Shown here piece by piece: positions 63,767 through 64,000 of a DNA stretch of 64,000 bases. Source of the DNA: an uncultured delta proteobacterium (GTDB lineage Bacteria; Myxococcota; B64-G9); the NCBI GenBank assembly GCA_963754925.1, contig CAVWHX010000004.1:288001-352000 (forward strand), read 5' to 3'. Numbering within the stretch: the first letter of the stretch is position 1; every line of letters starts with the position of its first letter. The position numbers were made by a program, and so were the translations under genes. Below the pieces are notes generated by a model. The model ran no database searches. It saw nothing but the letters and a program-made list of their open reading frames with translations, and was not told the origin of the DNA.

Positions 63767-64000
63767 TCCCACTCCTCGCTTTTTTTTAGCTCCATGGTCA
63801 GCTCACCCACCATGGCTTTCAGGCGGGCATTTTCGTTTTTCAACCGTGCGGTCTTTTCGTCTGTTTTCTCTGTCTCAAACGCGCGGGCGGCGTTGTGTAA
63901 AAATTGATCCCGCCATTGATAGTACTGAGACTGAGAAATGCCGTGCTCGCTGCACAATTCGGCGATTTGTCGTCCTCGAAGGCCTTCGAGGACGACAAGG
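63763..64000 (-). CDS. IS3 transposase OrfA, 5'-partial
   Basis: LVVLEGLRGRQIAELCSEHGISQSQYYQWRDQF...LKNENARLK; frame open to the window edge. Confidence 0.9.
   Translation of the reverse strand, partial: LVVLEGLRGRQIAELCSEHGISQSQYYQWRDQFLHNAARAFETEKTDEKTARLKNENARLKAMVGELTMELKKSEEWE

Larger units (their letters stand above)
62975..64000 (-). mobile_element. IS3-family element, partial (runs off the window)
   Basis: Terminus TGTAGTGCCCCCCATTTAGC at 62975, followed by an orfB/orfA pair. Confidence 0.9.

Overview
Bacterial chromosomal window, most likely from a Myxococcota-type deltaproteobacterium (inferred from cdnL/carD, a MYXO-CTERM-like tail, an FHA-sigma54 activator and Cys-rich lipoproteins). 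A GC-rich backbone carries housekeeping genes: tsaD, rsmA, a YrdC-like gene, hypE, hpt, three PpiC/SurA genes, pdxA, uvrA, panC, smpB, manC, dgt, rnr and purB. Two AT-richer accessory regions interrupt it. The first (~13.2-23.4 kb) holds Cys-rich lipoproteins and an FGE/C-type-lectin-fold lipoprotein gene split by a complete IS3-family element; the 3' end of that gene has the codon signature of a diversity-generating-retroelement (DGR) variable region, but no template repeat or reverse transcriptase is in the window. Divergent from it is a LysM + metallophosphoesterase gene followed by a membrane gene (effector/immunity-like). Both are preceded by sigma54 promoters that share a palindromic enhancer, and the same motif recurs at ~41 kb. 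The second region (~59.3-64 kb) holds a toxin-antitoxin pair, a HEPN-motif protein and a restriction-endonuclease-like gene cut by a second IS3 element. A five-gene translationally coupled operon links a ThiF/MoeB enzyme, TPR proteins and a divergent RpoD-like sigma factor. About ten single-base frameshifts, several in conserved genes, look like sequencing errors. No rRNA, tRNA or CRISPR array was seen. All family calls come from motif recognition by eye; no database search was run.
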